In this document: piece by piece, positions 60,165 through 64,000 of the stretch
Position numbering within the stretch: the first letter of the stretch is position 1
Layout of the letters: each line of letters begins with the position of its first letter
NCBI GenBank assembly: GCA_017460025.1
Contig: JAFUBV010000001.1
Location: 39,444 to 103,443, forward strand
Length of the DNA: 64,000 bases
Source: Methanobrevibacter sp.
GTDB taxonomy: Archaea; Methanobacteriota; Methanobacteria; Methanobacteriales; Methanobacteriaceae
Reading direction: 5' to 3'
Notes under the pieces: generated by a model
Databases searched by the model: none
What the model saw: the letters and a program-made list of their open reading frames with translations, nothing else
What the model was told of the DNA's origin: nothing
Made by a program: the position numbers and the translations under genes

Positions 60165-60343
60165 ACATTCACTCTCCTAGGTCTTCTTAATTTAATATCC
60201 TCATTTTTTCTAGCTTCCTGGAATAATCGGTAATATTTTGTTGATCCGATTCCAAGGAGTTTTTTTATTTTGTTTACACTGTAGCCTTTGTTGTAGTATT
60301 CAACAAAACGTGGATACAATTCATTAAAATAATCAGGAATCAT
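60161..60343 (-). CDS. Small HTH protein
   Basis: YNKGYSVNKIKKLLGIGSTKYYR. Confidence 0.6.
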   Translation of the reverse strand: MIPDYFNELYPRFVEYYNKGYSVNKIKKLLGIGSTKYYRLFQEARKNEDIKLRRPRRVNV

Positions 60344-61233
60344 CTTTTCACTCCAAATCTTTTAATAAAATCAATAAAATCAACTGGATTAATATTTTTC
60401 AAACCATAAACACTGTGATATTTATCATGACAGAATTTACATAATGTAACACCATTATTTTCATTGACGGCTAGTTCAGGGTTTTCTTTGTATCCAAATA
60501 GGTGGTGTACTTCCAAGTGTTTGTCTAATCCGCAGCAGACACATTGTTGATTGTCTCTTGATAACACTTGTTTTTTCCAGTTATCATATCCAGGTATTTC
60601 ATCTTCACGAGTTATGGTGATTGGTTCATCAGATTCTTCAAGTTTATTAACAAAATTAACATCTAATGATATTTTAGCTGATGGATGATAATATCCTATT
60701 AATTGTATATGATCTCCATTTTTCCATTTATCAAATTCTGCACAGGAATTTCCAAAGGTAGCAGTAATTGTTTTTTCAGTGTCATTGTCATAAATTGTGA
60801 CTCCTTGATAATATCCTTTGTAATTGACATGAGGTTTTAATACATTCTTAATTTTACAATCCAAACACACATATCCTTTTTCTCTTAAATTAAAATCCTT
60901 TAATTTAGTATAAAATAATTCACCATTAGAAAATGATTTTATCACATTAATCAAATCATCGTCAGATAATCTTAGGCTTAATCCATAATTTCGTCCAACA
61001 TTTAATGCTTTGATTATATCATTTCCTGTAGTAATTGGATAATTAATTATGTAACGTTTCAATCCTTCATCCCAGAATATATGCTTAACATCTTCTTCAT
61101 AAAATGCAGAATCAACTACAGCTCTTAACTCTCGTTGTTCACCAGAACGTTTTGGAATTATGGATAAACTATCCACATCCTTTTTAAATGAATACGCATT
61201 TAAATTAATTTCCATTTTTATCAATGCCTCCAT
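60340..61233 (-). CDS. Protein with C-terminal HNH nuclease domain
   Basis: RDNQQCVCCG...LEVHH...NGVTLC..CH..YH. Confidence 0.82.
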   Translation of the reverse strand: MEALIKMEINLNAYSFKKDVDSLSIIPKRSGEQRELRAVVDSAFYEEDVKHIFWDEGLKRYIINYPITTGNDIIKALNVGRNYGLSLRLSDDDLINVIKSFSNGELFYTKLKDFNLREKGYVCLDCKIKNVLKPHVNYKGYYQGVTIYDNDTEKTITATFGNSCAEFDKWKNGDHIQLIGYYHPSAKISLDVNFVNKLEESDEPITITREDEIPGYDNWKKQVLSRDNQQCVCCGLDKHLEVHHLFGYKENPELAVNENNGVTLCKFCHDKYHSVYGLKNINPVDFIDFIKRFGVKR

Positions 61234-61240
61234 CCTTTTT

Positions 61241-62956
61241 TTATTTTCCTATTGGAACTTTCACTTTTCTACGTTTACGAGTAACACTTAAACCATCAAT
61301 AGCTTCCAAGAAATACTCATTAAACAAATACCTATAATTAGATAACAAACCTTCAAAATCAGCATCCAAAACATAAGTAACACAATAATCATCCATATCC
61401 CGGATACCTCTACCATAAGCCTGCATCAAAGGCATTATAGTCTGATACATATACCAGGACAAATCATATCTTTTACGAATGTTAATCTGTTTTCCTGCAA
61501 GACTTGGGAATGGCATTTTATAAATTATCTGAAAACGACATTTATCTCCTTTAAAATCCACTCCATCTTTAACTCCAGCACCTATAAGTATTGTTGGTTT
61601 GTGTGATTTTTCGAATTGTTCTATGAATTTGTTACGGTCTTTTCCTCCAGCTATCATTATTTTATGTGATGTGGATAATTCTTGTTTTAACCACCAGGCT
61701 TGTTGGTTACTAGATACATGGATTACTCCTTTTTCATTTTTGTGTTTGTGGAGTATTTCTTCGATTTTGTATAATCCATTAACGTTTTTCCAGTTTCCTC
61801 TTTTCATGTTCCCCACATAATCTCTGATGATTGGTCTGTTCTTTTTGGGGAATGGTGATTTTACATATATGTAATATGTTTCATCGGGATTGATTCCTAT
61901 CCAGTAGCAGAATTTGTCTTTGTTTCCTAATGTTCCTGTCATGAATAGTCTTGTTTCTCCGAATTGTAAGAGATTTTCACTATGGTTTTTAATCATTAAT
62001 GGTTTGAATTCTGCTTTTAATCCAGTATGATAATCATCTTGTTGGATCTCTTTTTTAGTTGGTATTTCGATGATTAATTCACCATCTTTTAATTGTTTCC
62101 TTAATTCTTCAAATTGGTTAATTTTTCTTTCATAATGATTTAATGTATCATCATTGAAAGTATCTGATATACTTATGTTTTCACGACCACCATAAGTTTC
62201 ATTAATATATCTGATGAATTGGATTTTTGTTTCATTTATTAATTTATCACATACTCCAATCCAATATATTGGACCTTCCATTTTCTTCAAAGTCAAACCA
62301 TGTTCCAAACCATCAAAAATATCAAAATCATAATCTTTCTTAATAGTTTTACGATTCAAAGTAGTAGTTACTAATTGCATTACTTTTTTCTCAAAATTAT
62401 GGGTTTCATCCAATATTAATAAATCTCTTTCAGGCAATACTTGAGCGAATCTTCCAGCGAAATATAAATAATCATAATTAGTTATAATTGTTGGAGAAGC
62501 TAATGCTTCCTGCACTGCCTTATTGTATCTGCAATCTTTACATTTTTTAGATTTTTTAGGTTTTTCAGGTTTAGCATATTTATTAGGATTATTTTTATGT
62601 TGTTGTAATGCTACACGATAACTTTCCAACATTTTAGCATATTGTTGATTAATAGTGCATGGTTCACAGGAACCTTCAAGAAGACATTCATAATTACTTC
62701 TTCCTTTGATTTCTTTTAACATATAATCGAAATCCTGTAAGTATTGTTCCTGAAGTTGATTTGTCATTGTGCAGATATATGATGTGACGAAGTAGTTTGC
62801 TATTGTTGTTGCAATAGCTGATTTACCAGTTCCAGTTCCTGCTTCTAATATAATGTTTTTATATCCTTCATCGATTGCAGTTAATATTTCATCAATGATT
62901 TTTCTTTGTTCTGGTCTTGGATTGTATCCTTTTAAACTCCATTTTTCCATATCCAT
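61241..62956 (-). CDS. XPD/DinG (Rad3)-family SF2 helicase
   Basis: PRPEQ, EAGTGTGKS, KGRSNY.C, LDETH, MTGT, GVDF, QAYGRGIR...D. Confidence 0.9.
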   Translation of the reverse strand: MDMEKWSLKGYNPRPEQRKIIDEILTAIDEGYKNIILEAGTGTGKSAIATTIANYFVTSYICTMTNQLQEQYLQDFDYMLKEIKGRSNYECLLEGSCEPCTINQQYAKMLESYRVALQQHKNNPNKYAKPEKPKKSKKCKDCRYNKAVQEALASPTIITNYDYLYFAGRFAQVLPERDLLILDETHNFEKKVMQLVTTTLNRKTIKKDYDFDIFDGLEHGLTLKKMEGPIYWIGVCDKLINETKIQFIRYINETYGGRENISISDTFNDDTLNHYERKINQFEELRKQLKDGELIIEIPTKKEIQQDDYHTGLKAEFKPLMIKNHSENLLQFGETRLFMTGTLGNKDKFCYWIGINPDETYYIYVKSPFPKKNRPIIRDYVGNMKRGNWKNVNGLYKIEEILHKHKNEKGVIHVSSNQQAWWLKQELSTSHKIMIAGGKDRNKFIEQFEKSHKPTILIGAGVKDGVDFKGDKCRFQIIYKMPFPSLAGKQINIRKRYDLSWYMYQTIMPLMQAYGRGIRDMDDYCVTYVLDADFEGLLSNYRYLFNEYFLEAIDGLSVTRKRRKVKVPIGK

Positions 62957-62963
62957 GTTTTTT

Positions 62964-63452
62964 TCACCTCCATTTTGGGTAGTGTTCTTTGACGTATTTC
63001 CATTCGTCTAGTAGGTCTGCTTGGTATTTTAGTTCGTGTGTGAAGTCTTCGTATGCGTCCCACATTATGTCTTCTAGTTCTTCTTCAGTTAGTTCTAGGA
63101 TTTTTGTTGCTTCTGTCATGGCTTTTGGTTGGTATGTTGTTGTTCTTCTGTAGTCTTTCCAGATGTTTAGCCATGCTCTGGTTTTTTTCTCGTTTTCGAT
63201 TTTTTCTTCTATGTTTTCTTCGTAGTAGCTTGATTCTAGTAGTAGGCAGATTTTCATTTTTGCCATGTTCATTGTTTCGAATTGTTGTCTTAGTTCTGCT
63301 CCTCTTTCGTCTCCGTTTTTGTCTTGGTATTCTAGCCATGCTTCTAGGCATTGTGTGAAGAATTTGCTTAAGTTTGGTATGTTCTTTTTTGCGATTTTTA
63401 GTAAGTTTTCATCTATGCTTACATGTATTGTTTCTTTTCCCATTTTTCTCAC
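62964..63452 (-). CDS. Putative DNA-binding protein with RHH-like N-terminus
   Basis: KETIHVSIDENLLKIAKKNIPNLSKFF. Confidence 0.6.
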   Translation of the reverse strand: MRKMGKETIHVSIDENLLKIAKKNIPNLSKFFTQCLEAWLEYQDKNGDERGAELRQQFETMNMAKMKICLLLESSYYEENIEEKIENEKKTRAWLNIWKDYRRTTTYQPKAMTEATKILELTEEELEDIMWDAYEDFTHELKYQADLLDEWKYVKEHYPKWR

Positions 63453-63519
63453 CGTCCAGTAATACTTTTTTTATTATATTGTAATACACTAAAAATAGGT
63501 GTCACCCCCCTAAAACCAA

Positions 63520-63568
63520 ATATGGCCATATGGATATTATGGCCATACGGCCATAATCGGGTATACCC
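63520..63568. repeat. Cluster of GC-rich palindromes (GGCCATA x3; GGGTATACCC)
   Basis: ATATGGCCATAT 63520-63531, TATGGCCATA 63538-63547, GGGTATACCC 63559-63568. Confidence 0.7.
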
Positions 63569-63599
63569 CCTATATACCTTTTTCAGAGTAAAAAAAACA

Positions 63600-64000
63600 T
63601 TACACTTTATTACTCCTAACATTATCAACAGCCTCCTCAAAAATCAGATCCAACTCACAACCAACTTCCTTACAACGAGGACCCAACTCAAAACGAACCT
63701 CAGACAAAACATTATCATCCAAAACACCATCATTCATACTAATACGAGTACGCAACATACTCTCTGCCTCATTAACAAGCTTAACCTCCTCATTAGACCA
63801 AACCTGCTCCAAAACACCAGCACTCTCAGGAGACAAACCAATACTCTCCAAAGCCTTACTATAAATAAGAATAGCTTCACGAGCATCATCAACAGTAACA
63901 ACATCACGCAACTCAGTTTTAGCACGAGCAATACTTAAACGAGAAATAGCCTTCAAATCCCTAGCAGTAATAGGTTTCGCAGAATCATCCCTTTGAGCAA
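63600..64000 (-). CDS. mcm: MCM replicative helicase, C-terminal part (5' end outside window)
   Basis: KPITARDLKAISRLSIARAK..L...VT..DA.EAI sensor-2 region. Confidence 0.85.
   Translation of the reverse strand, partial: AQRDDSAKPITARDLKAISRLSIARAKTELRDVVTVDDAREAILIYSKALESIGLSPESAGVLEQVWSNEEVKLVNEAESMLRTRISMNDGVLDDNVLSEVRFELGPRCKEVGCELDLIFEEAVDNVRSNKV

Larger units (their letters stand above)
1..64000. mobile_element. Tailed archaeal virus/provirus (Caudoviricetes, myovirus morphotype), probable Methanobacteriales host; genome continues beyond the window
   Basis: Complete terminase-portal-protease-capsid-sheath-tube-tape measure-baseplate gene order together with archaeal-type PCNA, MCM, ERCC4 and TFB-like Zn ribbon; no host housekeeping operons or clear prophage boundary seen. 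Confidence 0.93.

Noticed and set aside
63423-63938. 171-aa + strand ORF and 63449-63640 minus-strand ORF
   Set aside because: The first is antisense to mcm in A/C-skewed sequence; the second spans the palindrome cluster; neither has recognisable features
1-64000. CRISPR or mini-CRISPR array
   Set aside because: No 25-40 bp repeats separated by unique spacers were seen; the repeats found are dispersed promoters, palindromes or coding repeats

Overview
This window is most of the genome of an AT-rich tailed archaeal virus or provirus with a contractile tail (myovirus). The host is very probably a pseudomurein-walled Methanobacteriales species (Methanobrevibacter-like). That inference rests on PCNA, MCM, XPF/ERCC4, a TFB-type zinc ribbon, GGTGA Shine-Dalgarno sites, Methanobrevibacter-type adhesin Ig repeats and cysteine-peptidase lysins. 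Layout: a + strand early/replication block (1-7030); two tandem tyrosine recombinases (7771-10287); a ~40 kb minus-strand late region (holin-like gene, terminase, portal, head, tail, baseplate, fibres, lysin); then a minus-strand early region (thymidylate synthase, many small ORFs, HNH proteins, XPD/DinG-like helicase, MCM cut by the window edge). The most notable items are: (1) an apparent shufflon, in which the last tail-fibre gene ends in a CBM-like domain and is followed by three silent alternative domains, two of them inverted, all starting at a shared GTGAAAGA(TAC) site; (2) three tRNA-like 'minihelix' elements (acceptor stem plus T-arm only) in late-strand intergenic DNA, alongside several long structured non-coding regions, two of which lie behind a conserved promoter; (3) a DNA methyltransferase with four slippage tracts, three of them around a stretch open in all three frames; (4) probable +1 frameshifts extending the capsid protein and the tail chaperone. 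All product calls come from motif recognition by eye; no database searches were run.
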